NCBI GenBank assembly: GCA_030390025.1
Contig: CM059432.1
Coordinates: 108,316,001 to 108,380,000, forward strand
Direction of reading: 5' to 3'
Length of the DNA: 64,000 bases
From: Squalus acanthias
Lineage: Eukaryota
Below the pieces are notes generated by a model. It worked only from the letters and a program-made list of their open reading frames with translations, searched no databases and was not told where the DNA came from. Positions 24,736 through 38,764 of the stretch are shown here, in pieces. The position numbers and the translations under genes are program-made. The stretch's first letter is position 1. Each line of letters opens with the position of its first letter.

Positions 24736-25139
24736 CTTATAGTTTTACAAATATTTGCCCTGTGTTTTAATACAATTCCAGCTATTAACAGTCACTTCGA
24801 GTTTTGTGGGCGTTCCATGTCAATTTTACACTCACCAAATCTTCCGCAGTGAACAGAAGACCACCCAGAAATACACCAAGTATTTCCCTTTTCAATTTGT
24901 CATCTTGCAAAAACATTTTTCCGTCATGTAGAAAATATTCCTACACCAATTTTAAAACTTAACAATTGAGAAAACATATTTCAGTGATTTCGATTTCACT
25001 GCTTTAAATATATCAAACAACAGCAGTACTTTTACTACTGATCCCTTTCCTTCCAAACTACTCCTCTTCATGCCTTGCCCCTAAGTGTTTCCATCAATAG
25101 TGCACAAGTAGTTTTACCTGGTCACGTATAATACACACA

Positions 25140-26055
25140 GCAATGGCTTCTCTCCCTGCTACTAGACCGACATCTCTGGAGTCCGTCCCCCAAGGATATG
25201 TCCTTCGCCCCTTCCTCATCCAAATGCTCCCCCTTGTCGACATCAACCACAAATACAACGTCAAGTTCCAAATGTATGCTGACAATACCCAGCTGTACCT
25301 CCCCACAACCTCCCCCGACCGCTCCGCTGCCTCGGGGAATGAAGCCATCATCTTCAGCCCCCATCACAGACTCCGTATCCTTGTCACTGATCCCAGCCCC
25401 CTCCCCAGCCACTGCCTTAGGTTGAACCAGACTACTGGCAACCATGGCATCCTATCTGACCCCAAGCTGAGCTTCTGACACCATATCCTCTTCATCACAA
25501 AGAACGTCTACTTCCACTTCCATCCACCCCTGCCTCAGCACACTGGCTGCTCTTCCATACCTTTGTCACCTCTAGACTCAATGATTCCAATGATCACCTG
25601 GCTTTTTTCATCCTCCACACTCTATAACTTCAGCTCACCCAAAACTCTGCTGCCGTGTTCTATCCCGCACCAAATCCTGCTCAACCATCACCCTCACTGA
25701 CCTACATTGGCTTCTAGTACCCCAAACCCTTCCAATTAAAAAATGATTATCCTTGTGTTTAAATCCTCCCCACCCTATCTCTGTAATCTCCTCCAACCCT
25801 ACAATCCCCCCAAAACTCTCTGGTCCTCTGACTCTGGCCTCTCATGCATCCCCTCTCCTTTTGACTGTGCCTCCATCCACCTGTGCCCTCTGCTCTGGAA
25901 TTCTCTCCCTAAACCCCTCTGCCTCGCTACATCCCCCTCCTCTTTAAAACTCACCTTTTTGATTATGGTTTTGGTCACCCCTCCTAATATCTCCTTCTTT
26001 GGCTTGATGTCCATTTTTGTCTAAAGGCGTTATATAAATGCAAGTTGTTGTTGTT
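25140..26055 (+). mobile_element. Decayed L2-like LINE, RT to 3' end
   Basis: SVPQGYVLRP and FQMYADNTQLY peptides; tail tatataaatgcaagttgttgttg shared with the SINEs. Confidence 0.78.
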
Positions 26056-26127
26056 ATAATGCCCTGCTCACTCCTCGTCACATATAACACAGATATAGTC
26101 CTCGTTATGCCTCCATGTCATATATAA

Positions 26128-27412
26128 CACATGGTTTTATGAAAGGGAAATCATGTTTGACAAATTTGCTGGAGTTCTTTGAGGATGTAACGAGCAGGGT
26201 GGATAAAGGGGAACCAGTAGATGTCGTGTATTTGGGTTTCCAGAAGGCATTCGATAAGGTGCCACATAAAAGGTTGCTGCATAAGATAAGAGCTCATGGG
26301 GTTGGGGGTAATGTGTTAGCATGGATAGAGGATTGGCTAACTAACAGAAAACAGAGAGTCGGGATAAATTGGTCATTTTCAGGTTGGCAAACTGTACTAG
26401 AGGGGTGCCACAGGGATCAGTGCTGGGGCCTCAACTATTTACAATCTATATTAATGACTTGGATGAAGGGACCGAGTGTAATGTAGCCAAATTTGCTGAT
26501 GTTACAAAGATAGGTGGGAAAGCAAATTGTGTGGAGGACGCAAAGAATCTTCAAAGGGATATAGATAGGCTAAGTGAGTGGGCAAAAATATGGCAGATGG
26601 AGTATAATGTGGGAAAATGCGAGGTTATCCACTTTGGTAGGAAAAATTAAAAAGCAAATTATTTAAATGGGGAGCGATTACAAAATGCTGAGGTACAGAG
26701 GGATCTGGGGGTCCTTGTACATGAATCACAAAAAGTTAGCATGCAGGTACAGCAAGTAATTAGGAAGGCAAATGGAATGTTGGCCTTTATTGCAAAGGGA
26801 ATGGAGTATAAAAGTAGGGAAGTCCTGTTACAACTGTACAGAGCATTGGTGAGACCACACCTGGAGTATTGCGTACAGTTTTGGTCTCCTTATTTAAGGA
26901 AGGATATACTTGCATTGGAGGCAGTTCAGAGAAGGTTCACGAGGTTGATTCCGGAGATGAAGGGGTTGTCTTATGAGGAAAGGTTGAGCAGGTTGGGCCT
27001 ATACTCATTGGAGTTTAGAAGAATGAGAGGGGATCTTATTGAAACACAAGATTCTGAAAGGGCTTGACAGGGTAGATGCAGAGAGGATGTTTCCCCTCGT
27101 GGGGGAATCTAGAACTTGGGGGCATAATTTCAGAATAAGGGGGCACCCATTTAAAATGGAAATGAGGAGGAATTTCTTCTCTCAGAGGGTCGTGAATCTT
27201 TGGAATTCTCTTCCCCAGAGAGCTATGGAGGCTGGGTCAATGAATATATTTAAGGTGGAGATAGACAGATTTTTGAATGGTAAGGGAGTCAAGGGTTATG
27301 GGGAGCAGGCAGGGAAGTGGAGTTGCGGCCAAGATCAGATCAGCCATGATCTTACTGAATGGCGGAGCAGACTCGAAGGGCCAAATGACCTACTCCTGCT
27401 CCTATGTCTTAT
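26128..27412 (+). mobile_element. CR1 (family A) RT to 3' end, 5'-truncated
   Basis: HGFMKGKSCLTNL, GVPQGSVLGP and KFADVTK motifs, then 3' UTR; frameshifted. Confidence 0.93.
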
Positions 27413-27882
27413 GGTCATATATATGGCCCTAGTCATCCCTCATCACATAACACACATAAAGCCCTGATCACGCCTCCAGTCACATATAACACATCTATTG
27501 CCCTGTTCAATGCTTACATTGCCCTGGATAATTATTTTGGAACGTGACTGCATACTTGTACCTGCAAATACTGAATGAAATCTGCATAGTTATCACTACA
27601 TTCTGTAAATTTATTCTCTCACTTCCCTGTATTGTTTGCATCCTCCTCCAATCATGAGGGTCAAATATTTTGAGGCTTTGGAGTGCTGTAACCAGCTGGT
27701 GTGCTGACTGTCATACCCCAAACAGCCAAGCAGCGACAGTCGGACAAAATGCACCCAACTCAATTGAGAGCGAGCGAGTCAACTCTAGGATCTAAAATAA
27801 CCCTTCGGCACTTGGCAATTAAATGCTCAACCGCTCCAGCTACTGGACCAGCACCATCATAGGAATTAAAAAACCACCGTAC

Positions 27883-27975
27883 CTCGTAATCACTCTCCAA
27901 GAACTCGTACAGGATCATTTCGTATATAGCAGGCCTCAGGCGTAGGTCACCTCTGGGCAAATACTGACTAATCGC
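27883..27975 (-). CDS. VPS41: VPS41 coding exon, 93 bp: AISQYLPRGDLRLRPAIYEMILYEFLESDYE
   Basis: Acceptor tcttag|GCG, donor GAG|gtacgg. Confidence 0.96.
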
Positions 27976-29454
27976 CTAAGAGGAACAAAATAACTTGGTA
28001 TAAGCAGAACACACGTGAGAATTTTGACAATAGCTGACGAAAAAGGTCAAACAATTAGTTTCTTTCTTTTACTTTGTACTAAAGCCCTTTAAATTGGTCA
28101 GGCTGAAATGCATCTGGCTGCTTTGTACAGAGTTTTACACCCACCATGGGAGAAAGTGTTGCACCAGTATTTTCAAAAAGGAGGCTCCGGTGTCCGAATA
28201 TTATAAAAATCTGAGAGACGAGGGTCACTCAGAGCAAGAAACATTCTATTGGGAAATTGGCTTGGGATGTCAGCTCACTCCATCCAAGGAAATCAAGCTC
28301 CCTTGTCTTCGACTAGATGTGATTGCTCCACAGCTGTGAGGCCTAAAATCATTTTTTTTGTGTCTAGTCGTACTTGACAGTCCTCGTGTATGGAGGCTGT
28401 AAATCTTATAACTTCTGTCTCAAGGTCTGGATGAAAGTACTGTGTTAGTTGCTGGCTCCATTTTAGGGACACAGGATGCATCAGATCTCATTTAAAGTCC
28501 TTTCCAACACAAAGAACAGTGTCTCTTACATCTGGCCATATTGGCACTGCTCAGGTTTGCAGTAACAGCTTGCAGTCAAAGAAGTTAATGTTAAAAAAAG
28601 CTATTTGAAACCTTAAAATGCTTTTGTTAGAGAGCCTGCACCTATTCCACTTCACTTCATGGATCTAGACCTCTCAAACTATCCAAGGGGCACTGGTCAA
28701 TTGTCACACCACCAATTTCAAACCCATTATGTTTTGCACAGAAGGAGTGTTCACAAAAATTAAATTAGCAGCAGGTTTTACAGTTATTGACACTAATTCT
28801 CATGTTTTGGTGTCATTGATGGCAAGGTAGAGAGACTTTCCAATTACTGCTTCTTTAATCAGGGTACAGCATGATATAAAATGAAGATTATGGCTAAAAG
28901 AACAAAGAGAGAAGTCGACGAATGTTTTTCCCATGAGCAGCTCAGGTGCCTGCCCATTAATGGTCCTGTTCTACGCACCCTGACAATTTGGACAGTAGTA
29001 CATTTCTAATTTAGCCTTATTTTTCGGCACCACTTTTTTATCATCAGAGTGACATGCTAATCTTTAACACATCGATGCTGGATTGAATTAATCCTGACTG
29101 TCGGGTCTGGTCAGTGGCTATGCAGATGCAGATGGAGATGGTCGCCATTTGAACTGCTTTGCTTGTTTTATCCAGTTATTTGTAAGTTTGAGACTTGTGT
29201 AGAGTCTGTTTTGCAACAGTTTTTCTTCCTCTCTAGGTTCCTTTCCCTCTTTTTATGCATTTTTTTGCCAGTTGTATAGACCCTCAAATTCCCTGGGATG
29301 TCTAGTATTAATCAAGCGTATGCTCCAATACTTGATCTTGAGCATTAGCGATTTACAGAAAATATTTTTTTCATCATCATGTGAACAAGACTTCTAACAC
29401 GGTCTTCAATTTTAAAGGGCTAATAACTGTAAACCAAACTCAGTGATGGCTCCT

Positions 29455-32400
29455 TCATCACTGGCTCCCTCAAACAGATATACCGCTTTGGATATTGTTG
29501 GGAGAGATGGCTTATCGGGGGAAGGCAGCAGCAGCCAACTTCCTGGCACCATGGGTGGTTCTGCTGCACAGAACAGGAGGAAAAAGAGTGGGAGAGCTAT
29601 AGTGATGGGGGATTCTATTGTAAGGGGAATAGATAGGTGTTTCTGCGGCAGCAAACGAGACTCCAGGATGGTATGTTGCCTCCCTGGTGAAAGGGTCAAG
29701 GATGTCTCGGGGCGGCTGCAGGGCATTCTGGAGGGGGAGGGTGAACAGCCAGTTGTCGTGGTGCATATAGATACCAACGATATAGGTAAAAAACGGGATG
29801 AGGTCCTAAAAGCTGAATATAGGGAGTTAGGAGGTAAATTAAAAAATAGGACCTCAAAAGGTAGTAATCTCAGGATTGCTACCAGTGCCACGTGCTAGAC
29901 AGAGTAGAAATAGAAAGATATTTCAGATGAATACGTGGCTAGAGGAATGGTGCAAGGGGGAGGGATTCAAATTCCTGGGACATTGGAACCGGTTCTGGGG
30001 GAGGTGGAACCAGTACAAACTGGACGGTTTGCACCTGGGCAGGACCGGGACCGATGTCCTAGGGGGAGTGTTTGCTAGTGCTGTTGGGGAGGGTTTAAAC
30101 TAAAATGGCAGGGGGTTGGGAACCTGTGCAGGGAGACAGAGGAAAGGGAAGCAAGGATAGAAACAAAAAACTGGAAGGAGAAAAGCAAAAGTGGAAGGCA
30201 GAGAAATCAAGGGTGCAAATCAAACAGGGCTACAGTAAATAATAATTCCAAAAGGACTAAGAGTGTTAAAAAAAAAACAAGCCTGAAGGCTTTGTGTCTT
30301 AATGCGAGGAGCATTCGTAATAAGGTGGATGAATTAGCTGCGCAAATAGATGTAAACGGATATGATATAATTGGGATTACGGAGACATGGCTCCAGGGTG
30401 ACCAAGGCTGGGAATTCAACATCCAGGGGTATTCAATATTCAGGAAAGACAGGCAAAAAGGAAAAGGAGGCGGGGTAGCATTACTGGTTAGAGAGTAGAT
30501 TAACACAATAGTAAGGAAGGATATCAGCTCTGATGATGTGGAATCTGTATGGGTAGAGCTGAGAAATACCAAGGGGCAGAAAACGTTAGTGGGAGTTGTA
30601 TACAGACCCCCAAACAGTAATGCTGAGGTTGGGGATGGCATAAACCGGGAAATTAGAGACGCGTGCAATAAGGGCACAGCAGTTATCATGGGTGACTTTA
30701 ATCTACATACAGATTGGGCTAACCAAATTAGTAACAATACTGTGGAGGAGGAATTCCTGGAGTGTATACGGGATGGTTTCCTGGACCAATATGTCGAGGA
30801 ACCAACTACAGATCAGGCCATCTTAGACTGGGTATTATGTAATGAGAAAGGATTAATTAGCAATCTTGTTGTGCGAGGCCCCTTGGGGAGGAGCGATCGT
30901 AATATGATAGAATTCTTCATTAAGATGGAGAGTGAAGTAGTTGACTCAGAGACTAGGGTCCTGAATTTAAATAAAGGAAACTACGATGGTATGAGGCGCG
31001 AGTTGGCTAGGGTGGATTGGGGAACATTACTTAAAGGGTTGACAGTGGATAGGCAATGGCAAACTTTTAAAGATCGCATGGATGAACTACAGAATTTGTT
31101 CATCCCCGTTTGGCATAAAAATAAAACAAAAAAGGTGACTCAACCGTGGCTAACAAGGGAAATTAGGGATAGCATAAGATCCAAGGAGAGGACATATAAA
31201 TTGGTCAGAAAAAGCAGAAAACCTGAGGATTGGGAGCAGTTTAAGATTCAGCAAAGGAGGACAAAGGGATTAATTAAGAGGGGGAAAATAGAGTGTGAGT
31301 AAGCTTGCAGGGGACATAAAAACTGACTGTTAAAGCTTCTATAGATATGTGAAGAGAAAAAGATTGGTGAAGTCAAGCGTAGGTCCCTTGCAGTCAGAAT
31401 CAGGGGAATTTATAATGGGGAACAAAGAAATGGCAGACCAATTAAATACATACTTTGGTTCTGTCTTCACAAAGGAGGACACAAATAACTTCCCAGAGGT
31501 GTCGGGGAACATAGGGTCTAATGAGAGGGAGGAACTGAAAGAAATCAGTATTTGTAGGGAAATGGTGTTAGGGAAATTGACGGGATTGAAGAGCGATAAA
31601 TCCCTAGGGCCTGATAATCTATATCCTAGGGTACTTATGGAAGTGGCCCTAGAAATAGTAGATGCATTGCTGGTCATCTTTCAAAATTCTATAGACTCTG
31701 GAACAGTTCCCATGGATTAGAGGGTATCTAATGTAACCCCGCTATTTAAAAAAGGTGGTAGAGAGAAAACAGGGAATTATAGACCGGTAAGCCTGACATT
31801 GGTAGTGGGGAAAATGCTAGAGTCCATTATAAAAGATGTAATAGCAGAGCACTTGGAAAACAGTGACAGGATCGGACAAAGTCAACATGGATTTAAAAAA
31901 GGGAAATCATGCTTGACTAATCTACTGGAATTTTTTGAGGATGTAACTGGTAGAGTAGATAAGGGAGAACCAGTGTATGTGGTGTATTTGGACTTTCAGA
32001 AGGCTTTCGATAAGGTCCCGCAAAAAAGAGATTAGCGTGCAAAGTTAAAGCACATGGGATTGGGGGTAAGGTACTGACTTGGATAGAGAACTGGTTGGCA
32101 GACAGGAAGCAAAGAGTTGGAATAAACGGGTCTTTTTCCAAGTGGCAGGCAGTGACTAGTGGGGTACCACAGGGATCGGTGCAAGGACCCCAGTTATTCA
32201 CAATATATATTAATGATCTAGACGAGGGAATTAGATGTAATATCTCCAAGTTTGCAGACGACACAAAGCTGGGTGGGCATGTGTGCTGTGAGGAGGATGC
32301 AGAGAAACTCCAGTATGATTTGGACAGGTTGGGTGTATGGGCAGATGCATGGCAGATATAGTATAATGTGGATAAATGCGAGGTTATCCACTTTGGTGGC

Positions 32401-33136
32401 AAAAACAGGAAGGCAGATTATTATCTGAACGGCAATAGATTGGGAAAAGGGGAAGTGCAACGAGACCTGGGTGTCCTTGTGCACCAGTCGCTGAAGGTAA
32501 GCATGCAGGTGCAGCAGGCGGTTAAGAGGCAAATGATACGTTGGCCTTCATAGCGAGAGGATTTGAGTACAGGAGCAAGGATGTCTTGCTGCAGTTGTAC
32601 AGGGCCTTGGTGAGACCACACCTTGAGTATTGTATTTGGTCGCCTTATCTGAGGAAGGATGTTCTTGCCATGGAGGGAGTGCAGCGAAGATTCACCAGAC
32701 TGATACCTGGGATGGCAGGAATGACGTATGAAGAGAGATTGGGTCAATTGGGCTTGTATTCGCTGGAGTTTAGAAGAATGAGAGCGGATCTCATTGAAAC
32801 TCATAAAATTCTAACAGGATTAGACAGACTAGATGCAGGAAGGATGTTCCCGATGGCGGGGGAGTCCAGAACCAGGGGTCACAGTCTAAGGATAAGGGGT
32901 AAGCCATTTAGGACTGAGATGAGGAGGAATTTCTTCACCCAGAGTGGTGAACCTGTGGAATTCTCTACCACAGAAGGCAGTTGAGGCCAATTCATTAAAT
33001 ATATTCAAGAAGGAGTTAGACATATTTCTTAAGGCTAAAGGGATCAAGGGATATGGGGAGAAAGCAGGGACAGGGTACTGAATTTGGATGATCAGCCATG
33101 ATCTCATTAAATGGCTCCTATCTTCTATGTTTCTAT
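29455..33136 (+). mobile_element. CR1 (family A) near full length: ORF1 SGNH-esterase part, ORF2 APE and RT, 3' UTR; inactivated
   Basis: ORF1 motifs IVMGDSIVR, CCLPG, VVHIDTNDIG and DGLHL; APE motifs CLNARSI, ITETWL, YRPP and GDFN; RT motif FADDTK; several stops and frameshifts. Confidence 0.94.
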
Positions 33137-34583
33137 AACATCCTGGTATAAACCAATAAATGTCTGTGGACACTAGTTATTGAGAACGAGTTCACAAAAC
33201 CTTAGCAAAATCACAGGGTAAGTTGAAATACAAGTCAATATTTACTGATCAGCATTCTAAGTCTCCAAGTTTGTTGGAGTGAGGTGCCAAATGTCACAGC
33301 ATTTAAGTGGGATAGACAACATGAAGATGAGTTCAGATTAGATTGCAATTAAATCACAGATCTTTCTTTGGACTTTGTATCAGGCCACTGATTGCCATCC
33401 AAATGCTTTGATTTGATTTTAATTCATTTGTTTTTAATCAAATTAGTTTGGATTGTGCAAGGTACAATTCACCCGTCAAGTGCTAAATACGGTCTAACTA
33501 AAAGCTAATGAAATGTGAAATAAGATCAAAGATAAATCCATCGCCTTGAAGACAATGAAAGCTGACTATTTACCAAATGCAGTCCCTCTCACTTTCTGAC
33601 CAAATGCAGCAGAGGCTGGACAAATATTGGGCTTGGACCAACAGGACGCAATTTATTTCACAAAGATCGCAGGGATAAATCTGGAGGATATCACTACAGG
33701 GAAACTAGTAATGTGTGCGCGCGATGACATCATAACATTGTAACATGACATTATACAGTCTATCGGGCTCCCCCTCCCAGAAACCTATGCACTCCTCCCC
33801 ACAAATCACACCATCCAAACACCTCTTGAATGATTCCACAATTAGGGGAAACTGTGAATTACTAGAATTGGTGGCATGGTGGGAAATTAACCAGAAAAAA
33901 ACTTGCATGAAGTTTCTGCCTTTATCTCCCCTCCATTTTTGGACCTTTTTTTGGTTCGGTGTGTATTTTTCCCTTCCTTTTTCACTCGGCCAGATACATA
34001 TCCATTTGGTCTTTCGAATAGCTTTACACTGCTACACTGAGCTGATCTTTGTATATCATACAGCACTTTTTTTTAAATGTCTTTCCGCTTTTTTTAACAA
34101 AACGGTTCACAAGCTATTGAACCCAGTGACCCCCCTTCACGAACCTTGTAGCATACCCCTCTTCATTGTATTCAGCCCCTGTAAAGGGGTTCGCTGATCG
34201 CCAAGATGAGAAATAATGGGAGCACTTTAATTTTTAAGGCTTGCACACACTTTTATTTGCTGTTGGAATTTCTGGTCTCATCCAGACTATGAAGATCCTA
34301 TGTCAGAGAGTGGGGCAATGCCTTACTACCATTCTATTAATAATGTTGCTTTTAATAGGCACCCCCACCCCAATTGTCATACAAATGTATCTCTGTGGAG
34401 TTTCCTCATCTGATTATTTCCTTCCCCTGCACCCCATGGAGGAGGCTCCTGTGCACAGGATTTCCCACAACGTAAGCTGCTTTTATATTGGAGCCGGGCC
34501 CGGGGAGAGCAAGCTAGCCGTGTCAATGTGCATGTGCGGAGTAGCGACGTCACGTCTTGAAGTCCATAACAGGGGAACTAGCA

Positions 34584-34584
<1 letters not shown>

Positions 34585-34628
<44 letters not shown>
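34585..34628. repeat. (TG)22 microsatellite
   Basis: Read directly from the sequence. Confidence 0.97.
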
Positions 34629-34631
<3 letters not shown>

Positions 34632-35106
34632 ACATCATAACACTGCACTGTGACATGATCACCAACTCGCGCCGCGGCAGCTAGAGCAGTGCGTATGCTG
34701 GCCCCGAGAAAAGCATCGATGGTGAGGAAACACGGTTAAAAAAATAAGGTGTCTTCCTGCCAACCAGTCTAAAAAAAAATGCAACAGTTTTACTGGCTGC
34801 CGACTGCTGGAGACCCAAATTACAGGAACCAGCTCGAGAACATCAATATAAAAGCACCTTAAGGATTAATACTCAGCGGCTCAGTGGATTAAACCTGCAT
34901 CCCACTGCTCAATGCCATTCCACTTTACTGCAACACCAAGCTGCAAGTTGTGAATTTGGTTTTCTGGTGACATAAAAAGAAACTCGAAAAAGGCAAATTA
35001 TATAAAACGTCAAATTTTCAAAAGGAAATGTCTTTTCCAGAAGTTTCTTACTATGAGCCATTACCACCCTAATAGAAATCACTACGCCAACACATGGTGT
35101 ACTTAC

Positions 35107-35188
35107 TTTAAGCTGTCCTATCTTTTTAAATCGGTACACTTCATTTTCCCAGAGATCCATGTTTTTGCCAAGAATTTTCTGACATTTT
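35107..35188 (-). CDS. VPS41: VPS41 coding exon, 82 bp: KCQKILGKNMDLWENEVYRFKKIGQLK
   Basis: Acceptor ttctag|A, donor AAA|gtaagt; phase 2-0. Confidence 0.96.
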
Positions 35189-35279
35189 CTAGAAGACAAT
35201 AGTGCAAACATTTAAAAAAAAAGGAATCATGTGAAATTCTCTTCGAGGTAACCGTTAAAAATACGTTAACGAGCATTAC

Positions 35280-35341
35280 CTTGCAGCTCCATGATAGTCT
35301 CCTTTGTCCACCAGGTAGTTTACATAGGCTCTGCCAATATC
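35280..35341 (-). CDS. VPS41: VPS41 coding exon, 62 bp: DIGRAYVNYLVDKGDYHGAAR
   Basis: Acceptor ttgtag|GAT, donor AG|gtaatg; phase 0-2. Confidence 0.94.
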
Positions 35342-35644
35342 CTACAAAATGAAGGGCCATCAAAACGGATATTTAATTCTGCACTGATAAGTTTTCATGC
35401 AACACATTCTTTATCACCTATTGTTGACAAGATGCTTGAATATATTTGCCATTTAGAATGCACTACCTGCTCTCTCATGAATCTCTCAAGTTGCTATCTG
35501 CTGACGCTCTTTAGCTGTGGCCACAATGGGTAGAATGGGTGTTAAATCACACTACCAATTAAAAATGGACCAGTCTTTAAGTTAGTGGCCACAGGCAGAC
35601 TAAATAATAAAACCTGCGCTGTGTTCTCTGCTCCTCTCCCATTT

Positions 35645-35900
35645 ACGTAGGAACAGGATGAGGTCATTCAGCCCATCGAGCCTGTTCCGCCATTCAATTA
35701 GAGCATGGCTGCCCTGCACCTCAGCTCCATTTACCCGCCTTTGATCCATTTCCTTTGATGCCCCTGCCTAATAAAAATCTGTCAATTCCTGTTTTAAAAA
35801 TTTCAACTGACCCAGCATCCACAGCCTTTTGGGGAGAGAAAATTCCAGATTTCCACTACCCCTTGTATGAAAAAGTGCTTCCTGATTTTAGTCCTGAATA
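35645..35900 (-). mobile_element. CR1 3' end fragment
   Basis: Similar to 7658-7785 joined to 8294-8420, without the Penelope insert. Confidence 0.8.
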
Positions 35901-35954
35901 GCATGTAAAATCTCTGTTCATAATGCAAAATTCCACTAAATGTGCTTAAGTTAC

Positions 35955-36011
35955 CAGTATATTATGTCTTTTTATATTCTTCTGGCTGATTTCAGCTGCC
36001 ATCATGGCTTC
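35955..36011 (-). CDS. VPS41: VPS41 coding exon, 57 bp: EAMMAAEISQKNIKRHNIL
   Basis: Acceptor ttttag|GAA, donor CTG|gtaact. Confidence 0.95.
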
Positions 36012-36130
36012 CTAAAACACAGGGGGGGACAAAAGAACAATTAACCAGCCCTTCCAGAATCCAGCATTAAAAAAGCAGCTTTACTATCGTTTATATACAG
36101 AGGAAAAAGGGTAAAGGAAAGAAAACTTAC

Positions 36131-36246
36131 TTCATACTTCTTTTTTCCAAGTAGCCATTCAATGTGGTCATCTTGGTCCCGCTCCTTTGCAACTACGATG
36201 TCCCTTGGACTGATGATATAAAACAGCGATTCACCGTCAGAGTGTT
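36131..36246 (-). CDS. VPS41: VPS41 coding exon, 116 bp: EHSDGESLFYIISPRDIVVAKERDQDDHIEWLLGKKKYE
   Basis: Acceptor atacag|AA, donor GAA|gtaagt; lies within ORF 36041..36331. Confidence 0.96.
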
Positions 36247-36433
36247 CTGTATGAGAGAAAGGGCGTTTTTCTTTTAAATTAAACCAAACACATTTATAAA
36301 AACTGCTTCTCAAATCAAATTTTATTTTCAAAGTAGTAAATGATCACTGAAATTTCGCAGCAAGAGTCTATCAATATGGTCAAGAGCCCTGCATCCAACA
36401 CAGTGGCATGTGGGAAAATGCCACATACACAAA

Positions 36434-37275
36434 GGGCAGAATTTTCATTGACCCGTGGAGGCGGGTTTGGAGGCGTGTGGGGTTGGAAAATAGCAGATTT
36501 GGGGGTCCCGAACCCATCCCGCCCCCAACCCGCCTCCATGCCAGTTTCACAGGAGGCGGGTACCCGACCTGTGCTGGGACCCGCCTCCCCGAGGCGGGAA
36601 GGGGATTAGTGCCAATAAACTGCCCGTTAACAGGTAGTTAACAGGCAGTTTTTTGCCTGATCCCTATTTTTAGCCCTGAAGTGTGGGCTTCCCAACAGGT
36701 CCGAACCACGCCGATTTAGCGAGGTGGACCATGGGTCTGCAGGGGTTGGAGGGGTCGATATGTCCGGTGGGCAGGTGAGTGATGGGTGCATGTGTGCAGA
36801 GGTAAGTGTGTAAGGTAAGTGTAAAGTGTGGAAAAAAGTTTTACTTACCTTAACTTCCTCCTGCAGGTGTCAGCCCTTCAGGTCTCGGGAGTCAGAAATC
36901 TCACCAGCACAGAAAGCAGAATGGCCGTTGAGCTGTCAAAAGCTGCAGCCTCTGCTTTTTGTTCTACAGAGATCTCTAAATCAGCCTGAGAGGAAGGAAT
37001 TAACTTAGAGGACAGATTGTCAGTGTTTGACAGCTTCAAGGAGCTGTCAAACGCAGATATTTCATCTGTCAAAAGCTCGACAGATGAATTGTCAATCTGT
37101 GATGTCACCTGTTGCCAGGTGGCCCTTAATTGGCCTGCTGAGCCCGCTGGGCGGGCTCAACAAGGTCAATCAAGGGAAAATCAAGTGGGTTGGCCACAAC
37201 TCGATGGAAGTGGGACTACAACCCCAAAAGTGGGAGTCCCGCCTCCTACTCGCCTCCATTGATAAAATCCAGCCC
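36434..37275. mobile_element. PIF/Harbinger-like MITE, 842 bp (copy 2)
   Basis: TIRs GGGCAGAATTTT...AAAATCCAGCCC, 3-bp TSD AAA; colinear with 10159-11001. Confidence 0.86.
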
Positions 37276-37644
37276 AAAGTGTATGTCATGATTACACCTG
37301 CAAAAAATACCATTCATTATAAAAAAAACATAAATCAAAACAAATTACTGTCAAATGAATGATGCTGATTGCTTGAAATAGAATTGAGAACCCTATGAAC
37401 GAATAAGCAACAAGTAGGTCGGAAAATTAACAATGAAGTATCAGCTAACAACTGCAATAAACAACAGGCAAATGAGAAGGGGTACCATTGAAATCACTCA
37501 AAATATTTTTTGAAAGTATTTTCGATCACCGTCTTCTTTTATCAGTAAAAATAAGGTTCATAACATAACAAACATGTAAAAAATAATTCACAAAACAATT
37601 CTTTAAATAGAGCATGTGGGTCCCTTCTTGAGCACAATCTTCCC

Positions 37645-38105
37645 TGTGCTCAGTGGTGGTGCTCTTGCCAGAGTCAGAATGTCGTGGGTTCAAACCCCCC
37701 ACCTCCAGAGACTTGAGCCCACAATCTATGCCTACCCTTCAGTGCAGTACTGAGGGAGCGCTGCACTGTCAGAGGTGCCGTCTTTCGGATGAGACGTTAA
37801 ACTGAGACCCTGTCTGCACCTTCAGGTGGACGTAGAGGATCCCATGGCACTATTTTGAAGAAGAGCAGGGAAGTTGTACCGGTATCCTGGTCAATATTTA
37901 TCCCATAGCCAACATTACTAAAACAGATTATCTGGTCATTTATCTGATTGTTGTTTGTGGGAGCTTGCTGTGTGCAATTTTGCTGCTGTGTTTCCTACAT
38001 TACAAGAGTGACTACACTTCAAAAGCACTTAATTGGTTGTGAAGCGCTTTGGGTTGTTTGGAGGTCATGAAAGAGGCTATACAAATACAAGCTATTTCTT
38101 CTTTC
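37645..38105 (+). mobile_element. tRNA-derived Deu-domain SINE, near full length
   Basis: gctcagtggtgg A box, gggttcaaaccc B box, Deu core, L2-like tail. Confidence 0.85.
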
Positions 38106-38764
38106 TTTCTATATATGAGCGACATACAGAAAGAAGGACTGAGAGTCACTTGTCAAGCTTGCATGAAACGGTACTGAAATCTGATGATTTTTTTTGTTAT
38201 TGTTGTGGACTGAAATCCTGACTTTTACCAGATTAACCTTATTAATTTTAACAAAAACTGCAAATATAATTTTATTGTTAAACAGTCACATTTTGGGGAG
38301 AAAAAAAATCAAAAATACACAAAATCTGAAGTGTAAAAAAATTAAGAATGTATATTTCTGTACAATTTGAAAGGCATTGTCACCTATTGTTATGAGTATG
38401 AGTCATAAGGGTTAAATCTGTGAAATCACACTCCCAGCAGGGAATCTGACCCATTGGGAATTTGAGCACATGCTCATGAGATTCCTCTGACTGGAAAATT
38501 GTTGTGAGTGTGTACCCGAATTCCCGAGATGCACTCCTGATGGCGGAGGGTCCCAGACAGGAGCAAGGCTTTACAAAGTTACCTCACAGTGTTGCTATTA
38601 AGAGAAGCACAAGGCAATAACGTTAACATATGAAGCTCTAACTTTGCACCAACATTTTTAGAAATTAAACTAATCCACTTTCTTTGCTAATTTCCTTTTT
38701 TTTCTCTTCCAGCTGTAGCATAACTCCAGGACTGCCAGTTAACCTTCAGTTTCTTGAAAAATTG

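Noticed and set aside
26055..27510. Degenerate ~37-bp tandem repeat (gccct..tcacatataacac) split by a CR1
   Set aside because: Real but short and ordinary. The apparent TSD gtcatatata cannot be separated from the repeat unit.
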